This document shows, in pieces, positions 13,359 through 27,996 of a stretch of DNA of 64,000 nucleotides. This stretch comes from the human T2T-CHM13v2.0 reference genome, Homo sapiens, in NCBI RefSeq assembly GCF_009914755.1, contig NC_060927.1. One strand, given 5' to 3'. The stretch's first letter is position 1, and each line of letters begins with the position of its first letter. The notes beneath the pieces were generated by a model. It was not told the origin of the DNA. It saw nothing but the letters and a program-made list of their open reading frames with translations, and made no database searches. Both the position numbers and the translations under genes were made by a program.

Positions 13359-16300
13359 AACTTCACTTTCTCTCTATCCATTCCACCTGTTACATGGTGT
13401 TGAAAAAGTTTAGAAACAGAAGATTGTATTTTTGAATAATATGTTAGCTATATTCTGAACAACATGTTCAATATGTTTTACTTTGACATACAAACACATA
13501 TTAAAATATTTCTAAATTTAAAACAGTGCTTCCAAAATCAATGAATACATAATTTATCTATTTTCTAGACTATTCACATACATTATGATTTTGCCTTAAA
13601 AAATAAATTAGACCCAATGGTTTAGATTTGGATATATTTCACTTTACAATCTAACTGCAAGTTAAAACATTTCTTAAGCAAGTTACTTAAGAATGCAAAG
13701 AACTTCAAGAAAATAAGTCAATTAATTAATGCATTTTTAATGACTACCTCCAAACAGCTATTTCATATGTAAGCAAGCTTACTACATTCTGAACCCACTC
13801 TATTTTAAGTACAACTTTATAGGAATAAAATATGCATTTTAAACATACTACCTTTTGACATTTTGTAATTGTGTAAATCATTAGATTCAGTTTGCATTGT
13901 AGCAACTTGAAGATGTCATTGTCATAGGCTGCATTTTTATATTTAAAAATATGCAAATAAGATATTTCACACAACGAAGTACCAAGAACAATTACGTAAA
14001 AATATAAAGATATTTTTCCTTCAAAAATCCAACTGTGGATTATATTGGGGTATCATAATACAAAAGCATAAATAATTAATCATCTACCCAGGATATCTTT
14101 GGAATTGTTTTGATTCTATTTTCCTGAGGGTAAGCCACATCATTAAGACATCAATTAAATCAATGAAGTGGATTTCATTTCATCTATATGCTCAAAGAAA
14201 TGAACAATTGATATTTCTTAATTTCTAAAACTGAGAAAATTTAGTTATTTTTAAATCTAACAGTTATAAAGAAACTTTATTTTATAAGACTTTGTGTCTT
14301 TTTACAATCCCAGGACTTTTACTTTTATTGCTGTCAAAAATATTATTTTTGCAGGTCCGTGGTGGTTTAGCAGAATGTACTTAGTGAAAAAAAGCATAAA
14401 TACTTATGCTGTTATTTTTATTACAAATAACAACACAACGTATTTCCCTAAATATTCAGATGGTTTATATAGTTTTATAATCTAAAACAAATTTTGACTT
14501 TGCAGTTTTCTGGGGTTTGGATAGATTTTACAAATATTTACTCTACATCTTGGTGATTTAGTATAAACCCCTCATATTTAGATTATATCAGAATATAAAT
14601 ACTAATTTTCACAACTTTCTGAGTTTCCAGTGTTTTTACCAAAGCACTTTAAAATGAGTTAGATTTTCTAAGCTTAGGAAGCCGTGTTTAAATGCACGAC
14701 AGTAATTTAGTAACAGAAATAATTTTACTGTTTGATTTTGAGGCAGTTGTATTAAAGCTTATCCTAATTTTAGACCTGTAAGCATTTGATATGGCTTTAA
14801 AACATCAAGAATATTTTGGCTGAATCATACACAATGACAAAATAACGTTTCTGAATATTTGGAATATATTATGTATAAAACTTTTAAATATATGTTATAG
14901 AACATTCAAATATAGAATTATTAATATCCTTAATCTCAATAGATATATCTGAGAGGTTTTTCTTTCTTTCATATAAATGTACATTCATAGAAATAGATTG
15001 AAATAGATGTAATGCTTTCTATGTTGACCTCTTTCAACCTAATCAGAAAAAAACAAGATACAATTATTTTTATAGTTCATAGGACAGAGTCGATTTTGGT
15101 TACTGGCAATTCAGCAGGTAGAGTCAGAATTCTTCAGTGAGTCATGCCATTATTTTCAGCTGTTCTTTCCTTTGTTGCATTCTTTCCCCAGCAGAGAAAT
15201 CTGCAACAATACACTTTATCTGCAGTGTCATGGGATACCTTTTTATACTTAGTATGTTTTTCTAGTGATGGGTTACAGACACTTTTCTCAAGAATGGGAA
15301 AGGTGCTGCCATTGGAAATGAGATTGTACCCTCAAAGAGGTGAGAAAATACAAGAGACTCAGTGAGTCTCTTGAGGCTTTCTTCAGAGGTTTTTCTGTTT
15401 ATGATATTAGTAGATTGCACTTTATTTTTCAAAACCAGTTGGGCATTCAGACTTAGATATTTAGAACCAATCTAATATTGGGCAAAGATATAAAGTAAAA
15501 TACAATTTTAATATCTAAGAAGGTATTTTTCTTGCTAATTTTTAATGGTTATTATGATGTAGGATGCAATTTATATTTGTAGTTATTGCCATATTATACT
15601 ATACTAGTATTTTCAACATAAAAACAAAAAATTGGGGTGTCATTAGTTGGCAAATGCTATGTTTGAAAAATAAATGGTGAACATCAAAAACTCTTTTGTC
15701 TCCATAAGGGTATGATATTCTTCATGTTAATGCCACCATCCTGGAGGAGACAGCACAATGTGAGTGAATATTCAGGTTGCAGAATTTACTCTAGCAGTGT
15801 CATTTTGCCCAACACGTTCACATTTCATTGGCTTCAGTTGCTTTTACAGTAAAAGTATGAGAAAACAAGGATGAAGTATAGTATTTTATGATTCTAAAGG
15901 CCAGCTAGGTGTGATTTCCTTAATCTGCATTTAGGAAGATAAAGGGGAAGTTGAAAAATGGTAGAAACAGTGGAAGTAACACAGCACATTTGAGTTCTAT
16001 GTGTTCAGCTCATTGCAAGGAAAAGTGCCACATCTGCTACTGGCATCGGTGAGTGCAGGTTGGGCAGTTATCTGTGTGGCTGTATACAAGGGTCAAGCAC
16101 AAGACACAGACTCAACCCTGCCGCTAATCTTTCTGTTCCTATTGGTCTTTTAGAAATTTTGTTCTCTAGTAGATTAGGAACATCCTTGAGAAGGAGCAAT
16201 GCATGAAGTGACTAACTGTGTATATGCGTTTCAATAATGTCAATACACACAGAAACACAAACACAAATCTGTTTTTTTCAAGTGAGCCAAGATATCATGA

Positions 16301-17569
16301 TTTTTGGAATTCTTTTGAACTATTCAATTATATCCCCCAAAATATCATTTGAGACAAAATAATTCAAGTTTGTGAGAAGTTTGAACTAAATGTCATATTT
16401 CAGCTTTTGAGTTGTTCTTTTACATTAATCAATACTTATTTGTTTGTAATTGCATTATCTAGTTGGCTATGCTAACTTCTTATTTCAGAGAGTTTGTATT
16501 TTACCAGCTTATACAGTTGATAGTATTTTATTGATTTATTTTGCCTTTAATACTATGTGTTTTTCTTTGCATGCATATAGAATTATATATACTTATTCTA
16601 TGTAGATTTTATTTATAAGAACTATAGGTTACTGTGCAAAGAAGCTTAAGGAAAATATGAAAAAAAGCCATGTAATAGAATAGTCAATGAAGTTAAAAAT
16701 GTAAGTTGGGCTATGATATCTGATGTTAACTAATGAAGAATTGTGTCCATTTTTATGGGATTTGGCAATTTTAATATAAATAACACAATTTGGGGGCTCA
16801 ATATTCCCTCTGAAATGAGAGGTAATTACATTTACTACTTATAAGGGTTTTTTCAAGGATAAATTACCTTATGAGAAGGCAGAAGCATCTTGCCTGTGGA
16901 GTGAAGGGAAGGATGTAGGAAGTAATGGGTGGTGAGTTATTCAGAAAAGAGAGAAGACAGTGAGATGAGGTTGTACAGAACAGATAACACGTTCAGTTTC
17001 AGGCTGGAGTTAAAGACCAGTGGATAGGGAAGGCTGTTAGCAGATATAATTGCCTAATGATGATATGCTATAAACCAGGCTTGTAGCTAAGATTCGGGAG
17101 CTGGAAAGCCATCAGGTTAAAAGATGGGCTCAGTCATCAGAAAGCAACCTATATTTTCAAAAGCCTCCCACTCTACCGGGTTCTCTTGGATCACGTACAG
17201 TTACTATATATTTTTATGCAGCATTTTAAGTGCAGTTATCCTTATCCAGAAAATTTATAGTTAGTAATTTAATACCAGTTTACATAAATTAAATTCTTTC
17301 TTAACAAATGATACATTTTTCTGTAGGAAGTTTCGAAGGGTGGGGTAAATGTGGTTTCTTTATTGTGCATTGAGTAGGTCAAAAAAAGGTAAGAACATTA
17401 TAAGGAAAGTGGAAATGGACAGGTAAATAACTCGTATGACTTGATCTAAACATGTACATTGGTAGTATATCTTAGAATAAATATTTAAAACACAGCTAGA
17501 TTCTCAAATACCTTTTTAACTCTGTCCTTGTAAATCCTCCCATATCTATTAACATGCCTGGAAATGTTC

Positions 17570-17745
17570 CAAGTGCCTTGCCAACATTATCTCACTTAAT
17601 TCCACATTGATCCTGAGCTTGCATTATTGTGTTGAGTTTGAAGATCAGGTTTTGGTGGCTTAAGAGGTTAAGTAACTTGCTGAAATTCACACATCCCGTG
17701 AATGGAAAGTCATTTGACAGGTAACATGTAGACTTAGGTCCAGAC
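17570..17745 (-). mobile_element. MIR SINE remnant
   Basis: aacattatctcacttaattcc...aagaggttaagtaacttgctgaaattcacaca is a reverse MIR core. Confidence 0.55.
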
Positions 17746-18169
17746 AGTTTCTCTGGGTCATATGTCCTTTTAAAATGGCTGGTGCTTCTCAGCTGCATGC
17801 CAGAATATCACAGCTTGTCTTTAACTTGGCAGGATTTGCAGACTTGCTTTTAATTAGCTGATTATAGACTTTGGTTATCTAAATTAGCTGTTCTCCTCCT
17901 TAGGGTGGGGAACCCAGAGACTTGTGTCTTGAGAGTACACTGGTTCCTGCTGAAACCAACCTACACAAAACCTATGATGTCTAATCTTCCTTCATCTATG
18001 ATTTTTTGACAATGAAGGTAAATTTAGTCAGAGACTAAATATATGTATTAGTAGCATTCAGTATGTCATTTTCTTCTGTGAGGCTTCATATTCTGCAAAA
18101 CCCTGGATTTCATATGAGAGCCAGTTATTTTATGTAATACACTAAAGGAAATTAATGGCCAATCATTGG

Positions 18170-18425
18170 TGAGAAGCATTACAGTTTTCAAAAACACAGA
18201 CTCTGGAGCCAGAATACCTGGGTTTAAATCTTAGTTGTACCAGTGACTGCCTGAATAATCTTGGGCAAATTACTTAAACTGTTTATGCCTCAATTTCTTA
18301 ATCTTTTAAATTGGGATGACAGCAGTACCCTCCTGATGGGATACAAATTTGAGGATTAAATACTTAACACATGTAAAGTGCTTAAACAGGGTGTGGCATA
18401 TGGGAAACATTGTAAAAACGTTTAT
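18170..18425 (+). mobile_element. MIR SINE
   Basis: acagactctggagccaga..cctgggtttaaatc...cttgggcaaattacttaa...tgaggattaaat...gtaaagtgctta. Confidence 0.8.
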
Positions 18426-19098
18426 TCTGTAGGAGATATTTGAGGAGTAGTAGTGATAGTAGTGGTTTTATTGATGCTATTCATGGAAAAAGATGCTTCT
18501 AAAAACTACTGATATACTTTGACCAAAACTTCTTACTTGATTCTCAAGGGTAAACCCTATTATATATCATGTGTCAAACATAACAATATGTAACAATATG
18601 TTTTTATATATAAATATTTAAGGAAGTTGTAACAGAGATCCAATCCTTTTTAATTCTGGCATTTTTTATGAATATAGATAGGATATATGTTAATGGAAAT
18701 AGTATAAATTCCATCAGATAAAACCCACAATTATCCGGAACTCTCATTGACTTCAGTCTCCTATTTGGGGCAATTTAGCACGTTTTCACATCTCAGTATA
18801 ACTACTTCTAGTCTTTTACCACCTGCTTCATTTATTAGATGATAAGATCACTTGCTGTGTGCACCCCAAGATCTCAGTGACTTAACCCAATGGAGATTTA
18901 TTTGTTGCTCAAGCTAGATTGTCTAATATGGGTTGGAAAAGAATTGTGTTTATATTAATCATTCAGGAATCCAAGCTAATGACACTTCACCATGTGTGGT
19001 TTCAAAACTGACAAAAAGAACCCACATCAGTTTATCCACATTTATTAGCCAAAGGAAATCACATAGTTACACCTCACTTCAAAGTGAGAAAGGTAGTA

Positions 19099-19169
19099 TT
19101 AGATTGGTGCAGAAGTAATTGCGGTTTTTACCATTAAATGTAATGGCACCAACTTCTGCAACAACATAA
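19099..19169. mobile_element. MADE1 MITE (Hsmar1-derived), with a short deletion in the right arm
   Basis: ttagattggtgcagaagtaattgcggtttttaccatta...taatggc..acttctgcaacaacataa resembles MADE1; TA precedes the element. Confidence 0.85.
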
Positions 19170-20201
19170 AACAATTCTATTTTTGTCAGAAGAAGAATTT
19201 TTGCCAAACAGCCCTCATGGTCTCACATTGGAAATAAGCTTATCTTCTCTCTTGCACTGTGGTCTTAGCTGCCTAACCACCAGCCTGTAGCTATAGTTTT
19301 CTAATCAAATTAATATATACCATGGATCAGTTAAAATACGTCATATCTTGATTTGAACATAGAATTTTAAAAATGTTCAGATTGCTTTACTAAGCATGCT
19401 TTAGGTTCAGTGATATGAGAATATGAATGAAAAATTGAAATTATCCAAAAGGATTTGGTGCTGGCAGAGAGCCACTTAGCACTGTGAATGCATATGGGAA
19501 GCCTTTCCTCCATCCTCATTGCTTACAATATGTGTATAATTGCAACGGATATTTTTGGATTATTTTTATTGAAATAGTTTAAGTGGTTATAGACTTACAG
19601 CATTATGAAGAAGAAAATGAACTAATTATTCCCAATGAGTTAAAGTGAGGATAAATTGCAACAAATTTAGGTGATGATCTACCTCTCATCCTTGTAAAAT
19701 GAAGAATCATAAGCTACGAACCTTTTAACTGAATCTCTTCATGGAAAATGAATAGGGCATGGCAGAGTCAATCTGTTAATTTCAGCCATATTAACCAGCC
19801 ATGAGAATTCCCGCACAGTCTCTCAGAGCCAATATAAATCAGGACGATGACCCTAATGAACAGATTGTCCACCAGTTAGTGGGATTCACTGAAGTGTAAA
19901 GGCAAAGATTGTATTTTGTGTGTTTGGAAAGTAATTATTTTTCCAATTTGCCTTATTATCCCATTTTATAAAATATGTGAAGATATATTGCAAATTTTCT
20001 TAGCAAATTTATTATAAATTATCTTAGAGAAAAAATTCCAAATATGTCAAGAATTATTAATTAATGGTAAGCAAATCAAAAGTATACAAACAGGCAAGAG
20101 ATGACAACTTACATACTAAGAAAACTTTTTAAAAAGTATTTAGTATTATAAAATGATTTTGAAGAGGGATTAAACAAAATTTGGAATAATTTTATTGTGT
20201 G

Positions 20202-20487
20202 ACTGAGTGTGGTGGCTCATGCCTGTAATCTTAGCACTTTCGGGGGCCAAGACAGAAGGATTGCTTGAGCCCAGGAGTTTGAGACTAGCCTGTGCAACAT
20301 AGTGAGTCCCTGCTTCTACAAAAAATAAAAAGAAAAAATTAATCAGGCATCGTGTCACACACTTGCAGTCCCAACTACGTGGGAGGTTGAGGTGGGAACA
20401 TCACTTGAGTCAAGGCTAACAGTGAGCCATGATTCTGTTACTGCTCTCCAACGTGGGCAACAGAACAAGATCCTGTCTCAAAAAATA
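20202..20487 (+). mobile_element. AluJ-type SINE
   Basis: ggattgcttgagcccaggagttt; diverged dimer. Confidence 0.88.
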
Positions 20488-20729
20488 ATTAATATGATTG
20501 TGAAAATCAGTATATATTTGAGACAGATTTTTCAACGACCTTTTCACCTAATTACCAAAATGCATTGTTTTTGTTAATTGTATGCTACAAATAACTTGTG
20601 TGAATGATAAGAACATAGCTTTAAAGAAATCAATATCCAAAGTATCATTTCTATTTCAAGATAAATTTAAGGGCCTACTTACACCTTCTAACTCCATGGT
20701 CTAAAAAAGTAAATTCTCATCTTCTTTAT

Positions 20730-21230
20730 CCTGGGGTATTACCCTAGCTTCATCACTGGCCCCCCTATTTCTATTCTTGGCTCCCTTCAGTTTATTTTCA
20801 ACACTGTAGCCAGAATATTTCTGATTGCATATTCATAGCATGCCGTTCCATGGCTCAAGTTTTCCAGAGGTTCTCATTTCACTCAAAGAAAACCAAAGTC
20901 CTTTGAGTGGTCCTTGAGGATATACACAGTCTGGCTATTTCTGAATTCATCTTCAGTTATACTCCTACCAGCTCTCTGCTCAAGTCACATTGGCCTCTTT
21001 GCTGGGCCAGGAACACAGCTCAGGCATCTCTCCCTGAAGTACTTTGCACTGTTTGTTCCTTAGATATTCTCTTTCCCATTTGGATTTCTACTGCACCAAA
21101 AACGTTGTAGGCTCTTACTCAAAACTACAGACTCTGTTAACTATTTCCAGACCATACTCCTGACCCACTATTACATTACCTACCCTGCTTACCAGCTTTA
21201 TTTTCTATGAAACTTATCACCATCTAAAGT
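20730..21230 (+). mobile_element. L2 LINE remnant (3' end continues after the Alu at about 21667-21712)
   Basis: acactgtagccagaat, tggcctctttgctg, actttgcactgtttgttcc are L2-like; highly diverged. Confidence 0.55.
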
Positions 21231-21238
21231 ATTTTGTT

Positions 21239-21240
21239 AC

Positions 21241-21273
<33 letters not shown>
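21239..21273. repeat. (CA)n microsatellite
   Basis: Direct reading of the sequence. Confidence 0.9.
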
Positions 21274-21276
<3 letters not shown>

Positions 21277-21331
21277 GCACACAATCTTTCTCGTGTCTTT
21301 AAAATATAAACATCATAAGAACAAGATTTGT

Positions 21332-21673
<342 letters not shown>

Positions 21674-23004
21674 TCAATGCATGGAATAAGACTTGGCAAA
21701 TGTTAATATTTATTCTTGAGTATTGGTTTTGCTTGAAAAGGAGTTCAAGATATTTTTTTAATTTGATTCAATAATTTGTATTTTAAGTGATTTGAAAGAT
21801 CAATTTCAGACATCATAATTACTGGTAAAAATTACAAGATAGATAAATATAATCACAATGTTTTTGAAAGACATAAATACATCAAATCATAAATGGAGAG
21901 CAAGTCTTTTAACTACTCTTAGTGAAATTTATCAATACAAGATAGGTGTGTGCAAAGTGAAGTGTCAGATGTATGCCAAACCTTAGAATACACTTTGTAC
22001 CTCTTTCTAAACAGTCAGTTTAACTCAAAGATATGAGATTGCATTGAAAATGGGCCACTGGAGACCAATTTCCAATTCTTCTAGAATGTTTTACTGTTCT
22101 ATGCTAAGGAAAATTTTTTGGAAATATTTGAGAGGCATTGCTTTAACACATCCTATGTTTTTAAAGGTTTAATTCAATTTAATTCAACAAATATTTATTT
22201 GTTCACCTACTGTGGGGAAGAAAATCACACTAAAATGACCACATTTATTTTGTTACTTCACTTGCTTGAATAGTGCTTGTTTTGAAAACAGTGGTTGAAT
22301 TTTTGTAAAGATTTTACAACAATGCCATGCACAGATTAAGCAACATAGTCTAATTCCATCTATCCATCCAATCTGTCTGCCTATCTATATTAGGTTTTCT
22401 ATGTTTCAAATAAGGATGACTTTTTTTCCCACAGTATTTTCTGTCTCCTGGTGTCCCTGTGTAGAACTAAATCACAGTCTTATATTATTTGCAATTTTTT
22501 TTTTTTGGTGAAGAATAGGGGCATTTTAAAACACACTGGCTTTTCAGGATTATCATAACTTTTGAAAAACTGTAAGGTAGGTGATATAATCAAATAAAGT
22601 CCAGGGACCATAAATATTTTATGTAGTGGTGTCTATCACCCTTAGTTTGGCAGGCAAAAGAATCATCCCTGTCATGCTCAATAATGTGGACAAATAGAAG
22701 TAATGGAATGGTATAATTTAAATTGATTTTGGGGTGATTAATTTCATTTATAGTAAATAGTATCATTTGCTAATATTTGTATACATTTAAAAATAGGACT
22801 TTTCAAAATATGTGGCCTTTTGGATACATTTAATTTACATGGAACATATAAGTTATTTCCCCATGATCCACCTGATCCATTAAGTTTGATGTTAACACGG
22901 CAATGGTAGAATCTTTGTGCTATAATTTGGAGAAATATTAAATAAAAGAAAGTTCTTCCAGTTTGGCATAAAAGGTTAAGGAGAGACAATAAAGACAAAT
23001 TCTT

Positions 23005-23170
23005 TGCGTTTGAAATTCCAGCTTTGTTACTTAGTAGCTGTATGACTTTAAGGAATATTTTTAACCACTCTGTGCCTTGGTTTTCTGTCTGACAAATGAG
23101 ATTAATGTTTATATCCCTTAGGATTGCTGCGAGTTAATATCTGTAAACATTTAGACCAGTGTCTTGCTTG
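23005..23170 (+). mobile_element. MIR SINE remnant
   Basis: acttagtagctgtatgacttta...accactctgtgccttggttttc..tctgacaaatgag. Confidence 0.6.
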
Positions 23171-24000
23171 TACTCTGCTAATAACTAGACTTGGCATCAA
23201 TGGATTTTTACATTTTAACAACACCCAAATAACCAAATAATGATCTTGATGGCCTTTTATAATATTAATAGTAATTGTATTATGGTATATCTGTGCTTTG
23301 TATTAGGGTATAAATTAACACTTTTTTGTGGTGACTCTTGTTGATGAATGTCTCATTAAAGCATCATCATTCCTTCTTAGATTTTTAATGAGGTCTCTTT
23401 TTTTTTATGCAGTGGCAAATGAAAGCAGGTAGAAGCGACAAATACAAGCAAATCATTCTTTAATGGTATCTTAGATCTATAAACTTTCTTTTGGATTTAT
23501 TCACGTATCATGATAATTACATTTTAAAAGTTATTTCAAGAATAACTAATGTTGAATATTCTTCATGAAAGTAATCATTGATTTATATCAATAGTAATTA
23601 CTCTGTTGTCACATGTTTGAATGTATTTGGAATTTTATTTACTTTCAAATAAACTATATAAATAGAGCCAAGACATAAATTTTTAAGTTTCCAAATATCA
23701 CTTTTGTGGATGCATGCTTGTAGAGACAGCCTATGTGGGATTTTCTGTCTCAGAGAAACATACAGTATAAATAAGTGAATTTAATGCATTATTTCATTGA
23801 AGATTGAGAATAATTGTATCGTGTGACATTTCAAACTTTACATTTGCATGGGTTTGATTTTTGAGTTATTTCTTAAATGCGATCCTGCAAGTATGGGACA
23901 TATGAAGACATTTGAAAAGGAAGGGATAGGGTTTGAATACGATAGTGGATTAAGGGGGGAAAAAAAAAGGAAAGAACTAGATGAAATACTACATGAGTAA

Positions 24001-24284
24001 GGCCGGGCGCAGTGGCTCACGCCTGTAACCCCAGCACTTTGGGAGGCCGACACGGGCGGATCACCTGAGGTCAGGAGGTCAAGACCATCCTGGCTAACAC
24101 GGTGAAACCTCGTCTCTACTAAAAATACAAGAAAATTAGCCGGGCATGGTGGCGGGCGCCTGTAGTCCCAGCTACTCAGGAGGCTGAGGCAGGAGAAAGG
24201 CGAGAACCCGGGAGGCGGAGCTTGCGGTGAGCTGAGATTGTGCCACAGCACTCCAAGCCTGGGCGACAGAGCCAGACTCTGTCT

Positions 24285-24316
<32 letters not shown>
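24001..24316 (+). mobile_element. AluY-like SINE
   Basis: CpG-rich; accatcctggctaacacgg and gcggagcttgc; long A tail; TSD acatgagtaa (23991-24000, 24320-24329). Confidence 0.93.
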
Positions 24317-24317
<1 letters not shown>

Positions 24318-25591
24318 CAACATGAGTAAGAAGTAGGAAATTTCCTTAGGGGATGACCAGATTGTTTAGGCAGTGACAAACATGGCTTGAAATGGAAGAA
24401 CAAAAGTGAGGTATTTTTTGAGAAACTGCTGGATTAGTATCTTGGGAGTTAAACTGTACTCTTAATCAAATAATATATGTGATTACCCTTGGTAAACTGC
24501 AGAGTGTTAGGCATTATCAGTATTGCCATAATAATTAATAACATTAATAATGTAATGCTATTGATTTATCCATATTGGTTTTCTTTTCTTTATGCTGACA
24601 ATTTTCTTAATCATGCAATTTCTGAACCGTTCATAGTCTTCATAGATATGTATTCATTTACTAAAGTGAGATAATAATGTAGATCAATTTAGTATTGCAC
24701 AATAAAGAATTAATATCTATCTATAAATTTGTTCAGGATGTTAAAAGATTAAGAATTTTATTTATGTTGATCAATTTATGCTATTTCCATTCATCTACTT
24801 AGCACCAAGGTATAAGTATATAACAGGAGATTTAAAAAGGAGGAACCAGAAATTTAAAATTTAGAAATGTTTTGTTAACATTTAAAATATTAATTACTAA
24901 TTATAAAGTACAAATTATAATATGTATGTAGTTGTAGAATAGTACCGTTATTAATTCATATAACTTGGAAATTATTTTAGAAATATATAATCACACCAAG
25001 TTGCTGTTGTTGGAGCAATGATCACACTTAGAAGTTATAAACTTTGTAAGTCAGATATTGTAGTACTCACAATTTTATTAGGCACAATGTTGACCCAACC
25101 TTATCTAGGCAGGTCATTTAATGAATATCACAGCGTGTAAACAGACATGTCAGGTTGAAAAAGGCATTATCCTAAAATGAGGTCAACATGAGTTGATTCT
25201 CTCAGCTGTACGGGCAGCTGAGCCCTCTCCAAATCCAAAGCTAAGTCCGACTCAATAGCAGAGCTTCCTAGGCTGCTAAAAAAGGAACAGCTGCAGCAGT
25301 AACAGGGCAACTTCCTCCTTTAGCAACTACTTGAGATGAGGGGCAGCACACTGCCTACACTAGGAGTAATGAAAATTACAGATAAACAAATTAAAAAATC
25401 TTTCCAGTTACCTTATGTGTAATTTTCTGTATACTACATTATGCTCATGTGGCAGACAGAAATTAGAATTGTTGGACACAAATCTCTAATAATTTAAAAT
25501 ATCTTTTAGTTTTTTACATCATATATAACTGAAAAATTTATAGTATCCTGAATGTTAAAGAACTCTCACAAAACAACTTGTGTGACAAGTG

Positions 25592-26002
25592 CATTTGACC
25601 CTCAAACAATGCACCATTCTCCCAAGCTATCAAAAATCTCTGTATAACTTTTGACTCACCCAAAGCTTAACTAGTAATAGCCTACTGTTGATTTGAAGCC
25701 TTATTAATAACATAAACAGTTGGTTGTATATGTATTATATAATGTATTCTCACAATAAAATAAGCTAGATAAAAGAAAATGTTCTTAAGAATATAAGGAA
25801 GAGAAAGTATATTTACTATTCATTAAGTATAAGCTGATACTAAATATATTTATCCTTGTCGACTTTATGTTGAGTAGGCTGAGGAGGAGGAGAAAGAGGA
25901 GGGGTTGGTCTTGCTGTCTCAGGGGTGGTAGAGGCAGAAGAAAGTCTGCATGTAAGTGGACACGTGCAGTTCAAACCCATGTTGTTGTTCAAGAGACAAA
26001 TG
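25592..26002 (-). mobile_element. Tigger2a (MER28-like) DNA transposon fossil
   Basis: gtataacttttgactc...aatagcctactgttga...gttgagtaggctgaggaggaggag...ttggtcttgctgtctcaggggtgg...gcagttcaaaccc; degenerate TIRs. Confidence 0.8.
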
Positions 26003-26177
26003 TATTTTCTCCCAATACGTGACTGTCTTTTAAATTTCTTTATGAGTCCTTGTGATAAAGATAAATTTTTAATTTTAATATAGTCAAACATCATTTTTAT
26101 GGTTAGTGCTTTTTTTTTTAAAAAAATCAATAATTAGAAAAATATTTTCCCCCAATATTATCTTTTTAAATAAGGTT

Positions 26178-26429
26178 GCCATGGTTTGACTGTTTATCCT
26201 CTCCAAACTCATGGTGAAATTTAATTGCCATTGTGCCAGTATTAAGAGGTGAGACTTTTAAGAGGTGATTAGGCCATGGTATGAACACAGCAAGAAGGAC
26301 CTTGTCAGATGCTGGCCCCTCAAACCTTAGACTTCCCAGCCTCCAGAATTGTGAGCCAATACTCTTCAGTTCATTATAAATTACCCAGTCTTAGGTATGC
26401 TTTTATAGCAGCAAAAATGGACTAAAGCA
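26178..26429 (+). mobile_element. MST/MLT1A-type MaLR LTR, internally deleted
   Basis: tgccatggtttga...gacttcccagcctccagaattgtgag...ataaattacccagtc...tatagcagca..atggactaa. Confidence 0.75.
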
Positions 26430-26455
26430 AAGACATATACAAATTAATAAATTGA

Positions 26456-26748
26456 GCCGGGCACGGTTGCTCACACCTGTAATCCCAGCACTTTGGGAGG
26501 CTGAGGCAGGCGGATCATGAGGTCTGGAGATCGAGACCATCCTGGCTAACAGGGTGAAACCCCGTCTCTACTAAAAATAAAAAATAAAAATAAAAAATTA
26601 GCCAGGCATGGTGGCAGGTGCCTGTAGTCCCAGTTACTCTGGAGACTGAGGCAGGAGAAAGGCGTGGTGGAGCTTGCAGTGAGCCGAGATCCTGCCACTG
26701 CACTCCAGCCTGGGCAACAGAGCGAGACTCCGTCTCAAAGAAAAAAAT
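26456..26748 (+). mobile_element. AluY-like SINE with a small right-arm deletion
   Basis: gatcgagaccatcctggctaac; ggcgtg|gtggagcttgc lacks the usual aacccgggag; TSD attaataaattg. Confidence 0.92.
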
Positions 26749-27631
26749 ATTAATAAATTGTAGCGTTATAGACACGTTTTATTTTATTTTTAAAAGCTTC
26801 CATTTAACACAACTAGTTCAAATCGTCTGCATAAAATTATTTACAATAATCTGAATCTGTGAAAATAACAAATCAACTCTTGTATCCACTATATCCTAGA
26901 ATCACAATTCTCTCAAACACACAGTATTTCCCTCTATTTTCACAGTCTCTTAACAATGGATATTGGTAGGTTGAATTTTCTGATAACTAGAAAGAAGCTA
27001 CATGGTCTTTTCTGGTACACCAGCGTGTATATCCGAGTGAAGGTTAAGGTTAACTTAATTTCTCACTTCAGTTGAAAATCAGTTCTTCTACCCTTTTGTC
27101 ATAATCCTATCAACTACATAGAGAAGCTGTTCTATTTGAGAGTTATATTTGAATTTGCACAGGGAATTAAATTTTAGCTTTCAGAAGCTGAAAGGTTTTA
27201 GAGGATGACAAGACCTTTTTGTCTGTATTTACTGTAATAAGTAGTGACCCTGGAGTTCTAAAGGGGTTTTCATAAGGGGCTTTTTCTAAGAATAAAGGAC
27301 AGTCAGAGGAGGAATTCCAGAGTGTATGGTCTTTCTGCTTCTGGCAGATGGTGTACAAAAGACACTGCTGAACTCTCAGAGACAGAAACAACTGTACTTT
27401 TAAAATACATTTAAAATTTATGTATTGGCAATAAAACAGTCATTTACATTTCTCCAGTAGTTTTTCTTGAGCTGTCAGAAATTTTTTTTCCAATGAAGAC
27501 CAAATTCTTTATTAAGTTATGAAGTAGTTAGCATACAATTGCAATAAGAGAAAATGACCCTACCAGTTTCCTGAGTTAGCATTTTAAATTTGTTTATTTG
27601 CTGAAATTCAATCCATTAAGAAAGTCATTTG

Positions 27632-27996
<365 letters not shown>

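Noticed and set aside
23838-24323. 161-aa ORF and similar ORFs over other Alus
   Set aside because: Typical Alu-derived pseudo-translations (e.g. [17 protein letters not shown]).
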